IMG/VR virus record: IMGVR_UViG_3300045997_000112
Coordinates: 32,001 to 96,000 of that record
Length of the DNA stretch: 64,000 nucleotides
Reading direction: 5' to 3' (one strand)
DNA from: a virus
A model generated the notes under the pieces. It had not been told where the DNA came from. It was given only the letters and a program-made list of their open reading frames with translations, and did not search any database. The position numbers and the translations under genes were made by a program. Positions 1 through 8,708 of this stretch are shown here, in pieces (positions within the stretch are counted from its first letter, which is position 1; each line of letters begins with the position of its first letter).

Positions 1-567
1 AAGGATGGGGCGCTCGTGCTCGATCAGGCTGCGCTTCATCACGGCGCCGGTCTTCCGGAAGAACTTGTTCACGATCCGGGCCTGCTGGCCCATCGTGTTG
101 CCCTCCATGTCCTTCTCGTCCTCCGGTGAGGGGATGAGCGCAGGCATGCTGTCGATGACGATGCAGTCGATGTTCTTGGTCTCGGCGAACTTGAGCGCCG
201 CGTCGAAGGCGTGCTCGCTGATGTTGGTCTCCACCACGAACACCCGGGTGGGATCGACGCCCAGCATCTCGGCGTAGCTCGGCACCCACTCCTCGGCCGC
301 GATCCACACCGTGGTGAAGTCCGGGTCCAGGGCCTGGTTGGCGGCGATGGTCTTCATGGCGATGGCCGTCTTGCCGGACGACTCCTCGCCCACGATCTCG
401 TTCCACTGGTTGCCCGGCCACCCACCGCCAAGGATGAGGTCCATCCCCAATGATCCGGTGGTGAACCGGGGAGTCATGTCACTCGTGATCTCGGACGCCC
501 GGACCACCGTCCCGTGACCGTGCTTCTTGTTCAGGTCCTTCACGACCTGCATGACCAGTGGGTCCAT
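1..567 (-). CDS. recA: RecA/UvsX-like recombinase (3' end runs off the window)
   Basis: Not in the ORF track. Manual translation from ATG at 567 gives MDPLVMQVVKDLNKKHG...TGSLGMDLILGGGWPGNQWNEIVGEESSGKT (Walker A)...CIVIDSMPAL (Walker B). Start overlaps the upstream stop (TGATG). Confidence 0.93.
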   Translation of the reverse strand, partial: MDPLVMQVVKDLNKKHGHGTVVRASEITSDMTPRFTTGSLGMDLILGGGWPGNQWNEIVGEESSGKTAIAMKTIAANQALDPDFTTVWIAAEEWVPSYAEMLGVDPTRVFVVETNISEHAFDAALKFAETKNIDCIVIDSMPALIPSPEDEKDMEGNTMGQQARIVNKFFRKTGAVMKRSLIEHERPIL

Positions 568-734
568 CAGAGCTCCTCGTCCTTCATGTGGGTGATCGTG
601 CTGAGCATGTCCGTCAACGCGTCGATGTACCCGTCACGGTAGTCCGGGGATCTGACACCGCTGTTCTTCTTCTGCCAGACCGCCTTCTGCCGGGTGATCC
701 AGACCCAGAGCTCGTTGAGGGTGTCCTCATCCAC
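567..734 (-). CDS. Hypothetical protein (55 aa)
   Basis: GTG start overlaps the upstream TAG and the stop overlaps the recA ATG. It is the distal part of track ORF 567..1091. Confidence 0.6.
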   Translation of the reverse strand: MDEDTLNELWVWITRQKAVWQKKNSGVRSPDYRDGYIDALTDMLSTITHMKDEEL

Positions 735-1108
735 TACTGGACCTTGCCCACGATCTGCTGTGGGTTGTATCCAGCCGTGGGAACCTGGACCGCCGGGGTG
801 GCCGGGCCGTCTGAGGTGGAGCCAGACAGGCCCTGGGTGCTGTTCTGGATGGCGAGGCCCTCCCCACACTCGAAGCACCGGGGCAGCATGTTCTTGCTCG
901 GCGCCCCGTAGTTGGGACTGCCACAGTTGGGGCAGCCTCCACCCTGGGAGGGCACCGAGCCCAGCGGCTGCCGCGAGGGCTGCTGGAGCTGCTGATGGAC
1001 CTGCTGCGGGACCTGGGGCCGGGCCACCGGGATGGGCGGCAGCGGCTCCTGACGGACCGTCGGCTCGCCACGGAGCTTGCGGGCGTACCAATCGGCGCTG
1101 CTGCTCAT
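734..1108 (-). CDS. Zn-ribbon-containing hypothetical protein
   Basis: CPNC...CFEC pair in a Pro/Gln-rich protein; coupled to its neighbours. Confidence 0.7.
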   Translation of the reverse strand: MSSSADWYARKLRGEPTVRQEPLPPIPVARPQVPQQVHQQLQQPSRQPLGSVPSQGGGCPNCGSPNYGAPSKNMLPRCFECGEGLAIQNSTQGLSGSTSDGPATPAVQVPTAGYNPQQIVGKVQ

Positions 1109-1281
1109 GAGGAGGGATCCAACTTCAGCTGGATCTCACCCTCGAGACAGGCGCCGCAGTAGTCCCGGCCCTGAATCTTGGCCCACCCGATGGGCATGCT
1201 CATCTTGTTGTAGATGAACTCGAACATGTGGCAGCCCTCGCACTGCCGCTTCATCACCTGGCCCACCTGGACGACACTCAC
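1105..1281 (-). CDS. Small Zn-finger protein (58 aa)
   Basis: Manual translation MSVVQVGQVMKRQCEGCH...WAKIQGRDYCGACLEG...; GTGA and ATGA overlaps at its two ends. Confidence 0.7.
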   Translation of the reverse strand: MSVVQVGQVMKRQCEGCHMFEFIYNKMSMPIGWAKIQGRDYCGACLEGEIQLKLDPSS

Positions 1282-1859
1282 GCGATGTCCTTCCCGTTCA
1301 GCTTGATCTTGGGAACGTCCTTGACCCGGTACGCATCGATGAACTCCTGGGGGATGTCCCCGGCACCCTGAATCTCGTCCATCCAGATCCCACCGGTCAG
1401 CTTGAGGCCATCGATCTTCTTGGTGGCCAGCTCCTTCAGGGCCTTGGCCTTGGCCAGCTCCCGCTCATTGTCCAGGGCATCCCGGATGCGTCGGGCCTCC
1501 TCCTCGCGGAGTGCTCCCATCAGGAAGGACTCACTGTGAGTCCGGGGCGCCAACATTGACTTCAGCTCCTGGAGGTGGCGCTCAGTCTGAGCAGGGGTCT
1601 CCATGCGAAAGAACGCAGGGTCCTTCTCCACCCTGGGGTTGGTGGGATCGATCGGCGTCAGCCGCACGCTGACCCGGACGGCATCCCGGGACCCGTCATC
1701 CTCGTGCCGGATCTGGACGCGGAAGTCACGGGGGAAGTCTGCCCTCTCGTAGACCTCGGCGATCAGCTTCCGCTCCGCCTCCACGAGGGCCATGTCCTGC
1801 GACCGCTCGATGTACTCCTTGTTGACCCAGACATCCGAGCCATACCTGTTCTCCGTCAT
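1278..1859 (-). CDS. Hypothetical protein
   Basis: ORF with phage-like codon use filling the gap after polA; start placed at MTENRY. Confidence 0.7.
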   Translation of the reverse strand: MTENRYGSDVWVNKEYIERSQDMALVEAERKLIAEVYERADFPRDFRVQIRHEDDGSRDAVRVSVRLTPIDPTNPRVEKDPAFFRMETPAQTERHLQELKSMLAPRTHSESFLMGALREEEARRIRDALDNERELAKAKALKELATKKIDGLKLTGGIWMDEIQGAGDIPQEFIDAYRVKDVPKIKLNGKDIA

Positions 1860-1861
1860 GA

Positions 1862-3829
1862 TCACTTTCCTTCCGCCCATGTGTTCCCGATGCCAACCTC
1901 GGCGATGAGAGGAACCTTCATCGCTCCGATGCTGACACCCTCCATGGCCTCCTTCAAGGCGACGCGAGTTTCCTCGGCGATCGCATCGGGGGCCAGGACG
2001 ACCAACTCGTCGTGTACCGTCAATAGAAGTCTAGCCTCGTCTGGGACCATCCTGTACGCCCGGACCATCCCGATCTTCATGATGTCAGCGGCGCTGCCCT
2101 GGATCAGGGTGTTGAACGCCTTGCGCTGCCCGGACCCGAACTGGCCGCGATCCCGGGACAGCAACTCCGGGATGTACCGCCGCCGCCCGACCACCGTGGT
2201 GACGTAGGGCATGGGGCGCTTGGCCCGGGCATCCCGGATCACTCGGGCTTTGAGGCGACCGACCGCCGGGAATCGGTGCTCGAAGTCATCGAGCAACTCC
2301 TTGGCCTTCCCCACGGTGACACCATCAATGCGGTCGGCCAGCTTGTCCGGCCCGATGCCGTACGACATCGAGAGGACGAGCTCCTTGCCCGCCGCTCGAG
2401 TGATGTCCAGCGTGTCCGCGATCTCCTGGTACAGATCCCGGCCCGACAGGTAGGCCGCCATCATGACCGGGTCCTCGGAGAGGCTGGCAATGATGCGGGG
2501 CTCGATCTGGGAGTAGTCGCCCACGACCACCTTGCAGCCGGGGTCCGCGATGAACAGTCCCCGGACCACCTTGCCGTACTTGCCCCGACTGGGGATGTTC
2601 TGCAGGTTGGGGTTGGACGAGGACATGCGCCCGGTCTCGGTACCGGTCTGGTTGAACTGGGTGTGCACCCGGCCGTTGCGGAGGTGGGGCTCCTTCACCT
2701 TGCCTGCCGTGGTGGTCCCGCCGAGGTAGGGCACCAGGTAGGTGTCCATCAGCTTGGCGTACTCCGCGTGCTCCAACATTGACTTGACCAACGGGTTGCG
2801 GGAGTGGTGCTCCAGGGAGTCCGCATCCGTGCTGGGCTGGCCGTTCTTCTTGGTCATCTTGTACGGCTTGAGTCCCTGGCCCTGTGGTTTGGGAGAGTAG
2901 AGCACGCTGATCTTGTCGGCCGGAGAGGCGAAGTTGAACTCCCGGCCCGCCCGGCGGTACGCCTCCTGACGGCACCGATCGAGTTCCGCCTGGATCTCGG
3001 CCTGGAACACGAGCATGGCGCCCCGGTCCACGAGGGTCCCGGTCATCATCATGGCCATCACGGGTTCGAGGACGTCCATCTCAAGCTTGAGCAGGTGCTC
3101 GACGCCCAACTCCTTGATGAGCTGCATCTGCCTTTGGTACAGAAGCCAGTCCATCTTGGCGTCGAGCAGGCTGTACTTGGCGACATCCCCGAAGGAGTGC
3201 AGCAGGATGTTCTCGCCGATGCCCTTGTCCATGGCATAGCCCAACCGGCGCTTCACGGCGGACTGCAGCTTCAGGTACTGGTGCTGGATCCTGGAGTCAA
3301 TGATGGTCTCCATGATCTGGGTGCAGGCGTAAGGCGGCGTGGGTATGCCGGGCAGGTACTTGGCGATGCTGGGAGCGTCGAACTTCATGTTGTGGGCGAC
3401 CTTGATCTGGTCTCCCATGAACAGGGGCTCGAGCGTGGTGAACACCTCGGTGCGGCTCAGCTGCTCAGGCGGGGGCCCGAAGACTGGGCGCATCCGGGAG
3501 TCGGCCTGGCTCACGTCACTGGCACGGAGGGACTTGCCCTCCTTCAACCGGGCCAGACCGGACTTGAGCACCGGCGTGCGGTACTCGAGGAGGTCCCCGT
3601 TGCGGAAGCCCATGGGGATGACGTCAGCCCGGCCATAGGTGGCAAGGCTGAGCCACGCCACGTCATTGATGGCCGGGTCCAGCCGGTCCCGGGGATCCTC
3701 TGCCTGCGTCTCGATGTCGAAGGCGAAGGCGTCCTGCTTGCGGTAGTACGCGAGCAGAGACGCCAACTGTTCGGAGGTGGAGACGACAGGAACGGCGGGC
3801 CGCATGCGACCCGCCGTCCCCAGTGCCAT
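1862..3829 (-). CDS. polA: DNA polymerase family A with 3'-5' exonuclease
   Basis: ExoI FDIET, ExoII HNMKFD, ExoIII YSLLD; TGRMSSSNPNLQNIP; motif A DYSQIEPR; motif B RAAGKELVLSMSYG; motif C VHDE. Confidence 0.97.
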   Translation of the reverse strand: MALGTAGRMRPAVPVVSTSEQLASLLAYYRKQDAFAFDIETQAEDPRDRLDPAINDVAWLSLATYGRADVIPMGFRNGDLLEYRTPVLKSGLARLKEGKSLRASDVSQADSRMRPVFGPPPEQLSRTEVFTTLEPLFMGDQIKVAHNMKFDAPSIAKYLPGIPTPPYACTQIMETIIDSRIQHQYLKLQSAVKRRLGYAMDKGIGENILLHSFGDVAKYSLLDAKMDWLLYQRQMQLIKELGVEHLLKLEMDVLEPVMAMMMTGTLVDRGAMLVFQAEIQAELDRCRQEAYRRAGREFNFASPADKISVLYSPKPQGQGLKPYKMTKKNGQPSTDADSLEHHSRNPLVKSMLEHAEYAKLMDTYLVPYLGGTTTAGKVKEPHLRNGRVHTQFNQTGTETGRMSSSNPNLQNIPSRGKYGKVVRGLFIADPGCKVVVGDYSQIEPRIIASLSEDPVMMAAYLSGRDLYQEIADTLDITRAAGKELVLSMSYGIGPDKLADRIDGVTVGKAKELLDDFEHRFPAVGRLKARVIRDARAKRPMPYVTTVVGRRRYIPELLSRDRGQFGSGQRKAFNTLIQGSAADIMKIGMVRAYRMVPDEARLLLTVHDELVVLAPDAIAEETRVALKEAMEGVSIGAMKVPLIAEVGIGNTWAEGK

Positions 3830-4563
3830 CAGCCGTGACGCTTCATGTACGCGGCGGCAGCCTCGACATCCTCGATGTTCGGGATGAAGAGACGGGGCTC
3901 GCCCTTCGCAGCGAGCTCCTCCACGGCCTTGCGACCGTCGGCCGCGCTCAGGCCCCAGTCCTCCTCAAGGTCACGATCCTTGACCCGGGAGACGTGGTAC
4001 TGGGTGGTCTGCTTCTTGCCCGTGCGGTGCGCGGAGAAGAAGTTGCCGTCCAGCGGGCCACCCTTGCGGGGCTCGGCGTTCATGTCCTTGAGGGTGTTCT
4101 TGAGCTTGGTGCCGACCTCCCAGACGCGGGTGTCGTAGTCCACCTGCTCCTCCTTGATGGTGAACTCCACCACCCAGAAGGCGAACTTGGCGGCCGGGGA
4201 GTCGCCGATCTCGCAGAGCGCGCAGTCCCCATCCTCATCGGCACAGCGGAACGAGCGACGCCCATCCTTGGTGTCGACCCAGTGGACGAGGTACGAGTCG
4301 AACGGGGCCCCCTGCACGAAGCAGATGAGCGCCGGGTCCTCGGTCGGGGTGAAGAAGTCGCCCAGCGACTTGACCTTCTTCTGGACCTCATCGGCCGCGT
4401 CCCATCCAGCACGGGCCTTCACCGGGATCCGGGTCGACTCGAAGGACTCCTCCTCGAACACCTCCGACTCCTCGGCGCCCTCAGGGGCGAAGTCGGGGGC
4501 CGGGCGACCCTTGGGGGTGTAGTCATCCGCCGTTGGGGTGGCGGTCTTGCGGGCAATAGGCAT
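3829..4563 (-). CDS. Single-stranded DNA-binding protein (gp32-like, Zn-binding)
   Basis: HW...RC-x6-CxxC cluster, OB-fold-like 'SAHRTGKKQTTQYHV' strand, position next to polA. Confidence 0.7.
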   Translation of the reverse strand: MPIARKTATPTADDYTPKGRPAPDFAPEGAEESEVFEEESFESTRIPVKARAGWDAADEVQKKVKSLGDFFTPTEDPALICFVQGAPFDSYLVHWVDTKDGRRSFRCADEDGDCALCEIGDSPAAKFAFWVVEFTIKEEQVDYDTRVWEVGTKLKNTLKDMNAEPRKGGPLDGNFFSAHRTGKKQTTQYHVSRVKDRDLEEDWGLSAADGRKAVEELAAKGEPRLFIPNIEDVEAAAAYMKRHG

Positions 4564-4581
4564 TGCCGGTTCTCCTCAGTT

Positions 4582-5097
4582 TCAGTGGGTTGTCAGTTTC
4601 TTCACTTCAGCGAGCCACTCGTCCCGGATGCGCTCCCACTCCTTGCGGATGAGGTCGGGCAGTTCGGGGAAGTGTGCCCAGTCGATGCGGTCGTCGTGCA
4701 GTTGGCCGCGCTCGTTGAGCAGTTTGAGGAAGGCCAGGATGGTCTCCTCGTTGTAGTAGTTCCGGACGGTGTTCTCGAACCGGAACCTGAACGGGGGCTT
4801 GGGGACGAACCCCTTCTGCTCCCAGAACTTGAGCGTCGGCCCCGACTTGCCGAGGATCTTGGCGAAGACGTTGGGCCGGTAGAACATGAAGACGTGGTCC
4901 GGGACCACCTCGATGGCGGTGGGCTTGCCCCAGTTCGCCTTGTTGAAGATGGGGTCGCTGGCCGGGCGGACCTTGAACTTGTCCACGTCCGGGGCGTCGT
5001 TCCCCCATCGGATGCGCTTGGTGGATCCGGGATAGGTCCGGATGACCTCCGGCTCCTCCTCGCTTCCCCCGAACATGGAGTCGATGACGTCAGGCAC
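4582..5097 (-). CDS. MerR-like winged-HTH DNA-binding protein
   Basis: FAKILGKSGPTLKFWEQKGFVPKP...RNYYNEE matches the MerR HTH pattern. Confidence 0.65.
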   Translation of the reverse strand: MPDVIDSMFGGSEEEPEVIRTYPGSTKRIRWGNDAPDVDKFKVRPASDPIFNKANWGKPTAIEVVPDHVFMFYRPNVFAKILGKSGPTLKFWEQKGFVPKPPFRFRFENTVRNYYNEETILAFLKLLNERGQLHDDRIDWAHFPELPDLIRKEWERIRDEWLAEVKKLTTH

Positions 5098-5527
5098 GCT
5101 TGACCACCACTGCGAACGTCTCCTTCTGCGGGTACATCTCGTTGAGCAGGACCTCAGGGAGCTGCTCGCTGTAGACCGCGTTCATGATGGCCTCCTCGTT
5201 GGGTACCCGAGTGACCTCGGTGCAGGAGTCGGTCAAGCCGTGCTCCTCCAGAATGGCGAGGATCCGCTCATTGTTGGGCACGATGCTGACTCGGCGCTGG
5301 TACTGCACGGCACCGTAGCCCATGACCGGCTCGTCGAGCCTGAGGGTCCGGTGCCCGTCGGCGTCGGGCTCGATCTGGGTGAGGATCGAAACCAGCTTGG
5401 GGCGAACATCTGCCTGCTCCGTCTTGGCCTCATCGGCCTTCACCTTCGCCATGATGTGGCGAACGATGACCATGCGCTCGTCAATGTTCACCCCACCCTG
5501 CTCGGGGGGCTTGATCCGAACCGCCAT
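5090..5527 (-). CDS. Hypothetical protein
   Basis: Good RBS (GGAGG); first gene after a sigma-A-like promoter. Confidence 0.75.
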   Translation of the reverse strand: MAVRIKPPEQGGVNIDERMVIVRHIMAKVKADEAKTEQADVRPKLVSILTQIEPDADGHRTLRLDEPVMGYGAVQYQRRVSIVPNNERILAILEEHGLTDSCTEVTRVPNEEAIMNAVYSEQLPEVLLNEMYPQKETFAVVVKRA

Positions 5528-5551
5528 CGATCCTCCAATGTGTGGGTATAT

Positions 5552-5582
5552 CCAAACCTAGTACCTCATAGGAGGCGGGTCA
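5552..5582 (-). promoter_or_regulatory. SigA/sigma70-type promoter
   Basis: Minus strand TTGACC-17 nt-TAGGTT in an AT-rich intergenic gap upstream of the HTH-SSB-polA-recA run. Confidence 0.65.
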
Positions 5583-7184
5583 ACTATCTGAGAGCAGGAA
5601 GTTTCTTAGCCCCTCCACCGTGTTCTCGATGTTGCCAGAGGGGTCCGACACCACCCCGTCCACGATGCCGCCAGAGACGCTCATCTTGAAGCCCAGCATG
5701 TCCCACTGGCGCACCTCGACCGACTTCTCCATGAGCAGCCGCTCGATCCGCACCTGCTTGTGCCCGGAGGAAGCCCTAATGATCCGGCTGTTCCGTTGGA
5801 GTGCGGTGCCTGCACTCCAAGGCAGGTTGTAGTTGACCAGGATGCTGGCCTGGGGCAGGTCCACCCCGTAGCCCCCGGCGTCACTGGACAGGAACACCCG
5901 GATGTCCTTGTCGTTCTGGAACTGGAGCTTGGCCTGGTGCTTGGCCGTGGCGCTCATCCCACCGTGGAATTGAACCACTCCAATCTTGGCCTTCTCCATG
6001 GCCTCCACGACGTAGGGGAACAGCCGGGTGAAGGTGGCGAACACCACGATCTTCACGTCCGGGTCCGCCTCCACCGCATCCTTGACGTACTCCATCAGCG
6101 ACTCGAGCTTGGGCGACTTCTGGTGGGCCATCAGCGAGACCGTGGGATCCCGGAGGAGCTCCCAGCAGTACCCGGATCCGGTGCCGTTGTCCGCCTCGAA
6201 CTCCAGGGCCGAGTCCATCAACAGCTGCGGGTGGTCGCACAACATTCGGAGCGCGGAGTAGGTGGACATGATCCGGCCCCGGATCTCGCTGGCCACGGCG
6301 TCGTGCTGCTGCACATCGGACTGGCCGTAGTGGAAGGCCGCGTTCCAGGTGAAGCTCGAGCCGAAGAGCTCCTGCGCCTCATCCAGGGCCAGCCTGCAGT
6401 CCTGGGAGATCCGGGCGTACATGCGCTTGGTATAGCGGTCCATCGAGACCAGCCGGGGTGCCATGTCCAGGACCTCGGGCAGGTAGTCCTTCACGTCCGG
6501 GTCCATCTGGCGCTTACGAGCAACGTGCGGCTGCAGCTTCTTGTGGAGCTCGGGCATGTTCCGGTACTTGGTCACCCACCCGTTGGGGTGCCGGGAGATG
6601 TACCGCTTGTCGAAGGTCCAGAACGAACCCAGGACCTTGGGATCCACGAACTCCATCAGGGAGAAGATCTCCTCGGCCTTGCCGTTGGTGATCGGCGTGC
6701 CCGTGAGCCCCACTCGGACGGGAATGTTGCGGGAAAGGTGCTTGATCGCCTTCGAGCGCTTGGCCCGGAAGGACTTGATCGCCGTCATCTCGTCGAGCAC
6801 GATCGCGCCCCAACAATGGGTCTCGTACCACGAGTAGTCCCGAACGATGAGGTCGTACGTGGTGATCACGTAGTCGGGCTGCTCCCCGGTGACGAACGCC
6901 ATCTCGTAGTTCGAGTAGAGCTCCTCACGCTTGGCCGGGGGCCCGTCGATCACCAGCGGAACCGAGTCCGGGGCCCACTTGCGGATCTCGTCCTGCCACT
7001 GGAACTTGAGGCTGGACAGCACCACCACCAGAACCGGGTGTCCGATGGTCCCGGCCGTCATCAGGTTCTCCATGGCCGTGATGGTGATCGGCGTCTTGCC
7101 CAGCCCCATCTCGTAGGCGATGAGAGCCCGATGGTTGTACGAGACCATGTCCACGGCCGCCTGCTGATACGGATACAGGCTCAC
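5580..7184 (-). CDS. SNF2-family (SF2) helicase
   Basis: YPYQ Q-motif, EMGLGKT, VLDEMT, LTGTP, AGGYGVDL, NYNLPW, QRNSRIIR. Confidence 0.95.
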   Translation of the reverse strand: MSLYPYQQAAVDMVSYNHRALIAYEMGLGKTPITITAMENLMTAGTIGHPVLVVVLSSLKFQWQDEIRKWAPDSVPLVIDGPPAKREELYSNYEMAFVTGEQPDYVITTYDLIVRDYSWYETHCWGAIVLDEMTAIKSFRAKRSKAIKHLSRNIPVRVGLTGTPITNGKAEEIFSLMEFVDPKVLGSFWTFDKRYISRHPNGWVTKYRNMPELHKKLQPHVARKRQMDPDVKDYLPEVLDMAPRLVSMDRYTKRMYARISQDCRLALDEAQELFGSSFTWNAAFHYGQSDVQQHDAVASEIRGRIMSTYSALRMLCDHPQLLMDSALEFEADNGTGSGYCWELLRDPTVSLMAHQKSPKLESLMEYVKDAVEADPDVKIVVFATFTRLFPYVVEAMEKAKIGVVQFHGGMSATAKHQAKLQFQNDKDIRVFLSSDAGGYGVDLPQASILVNYNLPWSAGTALQRNSRIIRASSGHKQVRIERLLMEKSVEVRQWDMLGFKMSVSGGIVDGVVSDPSGNIENTVEGLRNFLLSDS

Positions 7185-7588
7185 GCTGACCTCCTCCGAA
7201 CATTGGCGCCCGGCCTCAGGTGAGCCACCTCAGACCAATCAACACTGGGGACCTCGTCCGGCACCGCAGCGAGCTGCTGCTCCGGGGTCTCCGCCTTCTT
7301 GTAGGAGCGTCGGTTGCGCCCTGCCGCCCGGTTGTCGGACAGGAAGGCGCGGTACGCGTCCTCACACTCGTGGCACCGGCACCCATGCAGTCGCCACCCC
7401 TGGATCCCGTGGGTGAAGTTCTCCACCTTGTACTCGCCGTCGCGGATCGCCTGCTCCCGCTCCCGGTTGCGGCGATTGATCTCGTCCCCGGCCGCACAGC
7501 ACTCAGGGCACCTGCAGTGCCAGCGCTTGTACCCCGAGTTGCCCGGCTTGGTCTTGTGCCGGATCACGCCATCCCATTCGCGGTTCAT
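7181..7588 (-). CDS. Protein with two tandem H...CRCxEC metal-binding repeats
   Basis: RH...GYKRWHCRCPEC and HGIQGWRLHGCRCHEC; start MNREW at an ATGA overlap. Confidence 0.75.
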   Translation of the reverse strand: MNREWDGVIRHKTKPGNSGYKRWHCRCPECCAAGDEINRRNREREQAIRDGEYKVENFTHGIQGWRLHGCRCHECEDAYRAFLSDNRAAGRNRRSYKKAETPEQQLAAVPDEVPSVDWSEVAHLRPGANVRRRSA

Positions 7589-7803
7589 GGCGCGGGCTCC
7601 ACGAGGCGCACGATCAGGTACCAGTCGTACTGGTAGTCGAAGCCGACAGGGCCCTGCGGCACCCACTTGTCGACGCTGAGGACACGGTTGGCCATCTCCT
7701 GCACGGTCTCGTCGGGGGACACCTCCACGGCACGCACCACATCCTGTGCGTGGTCCCCCATGTTCACGCCGACCTTGGTCAGCATCACGCTTACGTTCTT
7801 CAC
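7585..7803 (-). CDS. Hypothetical protein
   Basis: GTG start overlapping the primase stop (GTGA). Confidence 0.65.
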   Translation of the reverse strand: MKNVSVMLTKVGVNMGDHAQDVVRAVEVSPDETVQEMANRVLSVDKWVPQGPVGFDYQYDWYLIVRLVEPAP

Positions 7804-8708
7804 CTGAATCTCCTCATGCGCTCTGCCAAACGGCTGGGCGCGTTCTCCGTCAGTTCTCGCATCTTCGCCCGGGCGTCTCCCGGATCCTTGATTCCGTCCG
7901 GCCACACGATAGAACGGTGGTCCGACACGACTGTGAGCAGTGCCTGCTCGACCTCCTTGGTCACCTCCCTCCCGGCGTCATCATTGTCGAACGCCAGGAC
8001 CAGGTGGTTCATCCTCTTGAGCTCCTGCATCTGGTACTCGGTGACGTTGGCCCCGTAGGTGGCCACCGCCTGCAGCCCGTGGGTGAAGCAGACCGCCACG
8101 TCCAGCGGGGACTCCACCACCAGCGTTGGGGCGTCCGAGTTGTGCTCGTACTCCGTGTTCAAGCCGAACAGGGAGAGCCCCTTCTTGATTCCCACCGGGG
8201 CGTTGCGGACGTACTTGCCGTCCTTGATCTGGATGCCCATCAGGATGCCGGAGGTGATGTGCCGAACGGGCAGGATCCAGGCGCCGCCGCTCGAGCGGAT
8301 CTCCAGCATCTCAGCCACGATCTTCGAGATCCCTCGGGACTCCAGCATCTCAACATTGGGACGCTGGAATGAGTCCAGATCAGCCTCGTCCATCACGGTG
8401 GGGACGTACAGCTCCCGGATGGGTACCCGCTCCAGTCGTCGTCGGAGCGCGGAGATCTGCTCATCCGGCTCGATCTCCTCGTCGATCTCGAGGTCCTCGC
8501 CCTTGAGGTCTCGCCACAGCAGGTAGGCGTTGGCCCGGTACCCGCAGGAGAAGCAGAAGCACAGCCCGCTCTCGACATTGAAGTAGAACGAGGGCTTGTG
8601 GTCCGGCTTGCCGGTGCGGGCCTCGTGGACCGGACAGAGCAGCCTGGCCTCGTCGCCGGACAGCTCGTAGTCATCGCCGACGAGACGGCGGAGGATCGGT
8701 TCGTACAT
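7800..8708 (-). CDS. dnaG: DNA primase (CHC2 Zn finger + TOPRIM)
   Basis: CPVH...KPSF...CFSCG zinc finger; VVESPLD and FDNDDAG TOPRIM motifs; start MYEPIL coupled to the helicase stop. Confidence 0.93.
   Translation of the reverse strand: MYEPILRRLVGDDYELSGDEARLLCPVHEARTGKPDHKPSFYFNVESGLCFCFSCGYRANAYLLWRDLKGEDLEIDEEIEPDEQISALRRRLERVPIRELYVPTVMDEADLDSFQRPNVEMLESRGISKIVAEMLEIRSSGGAWILPVRHITSGILMGIQIKDGKYVRNAPVGIKKGLSLFGLNTEYEHNSDAPTLVVESPLDVAVCFTHGLQAVATYGANVTEYQMQELKRMNHLVLAFDNDDAGREVTKEVEQALLTVVSDHRSIVWPDGIKDPGDARAKMRELTENAPSRLAERMRRFR

Noticed and set aside
6770-6800. SNF2 motif II reads DEMT rather than DEAH, suggesting an inactive helicase
   Set aside because: The catalytic DE and all other motifs are intact, and DExx variation is common in phage SNF2-like proteins.
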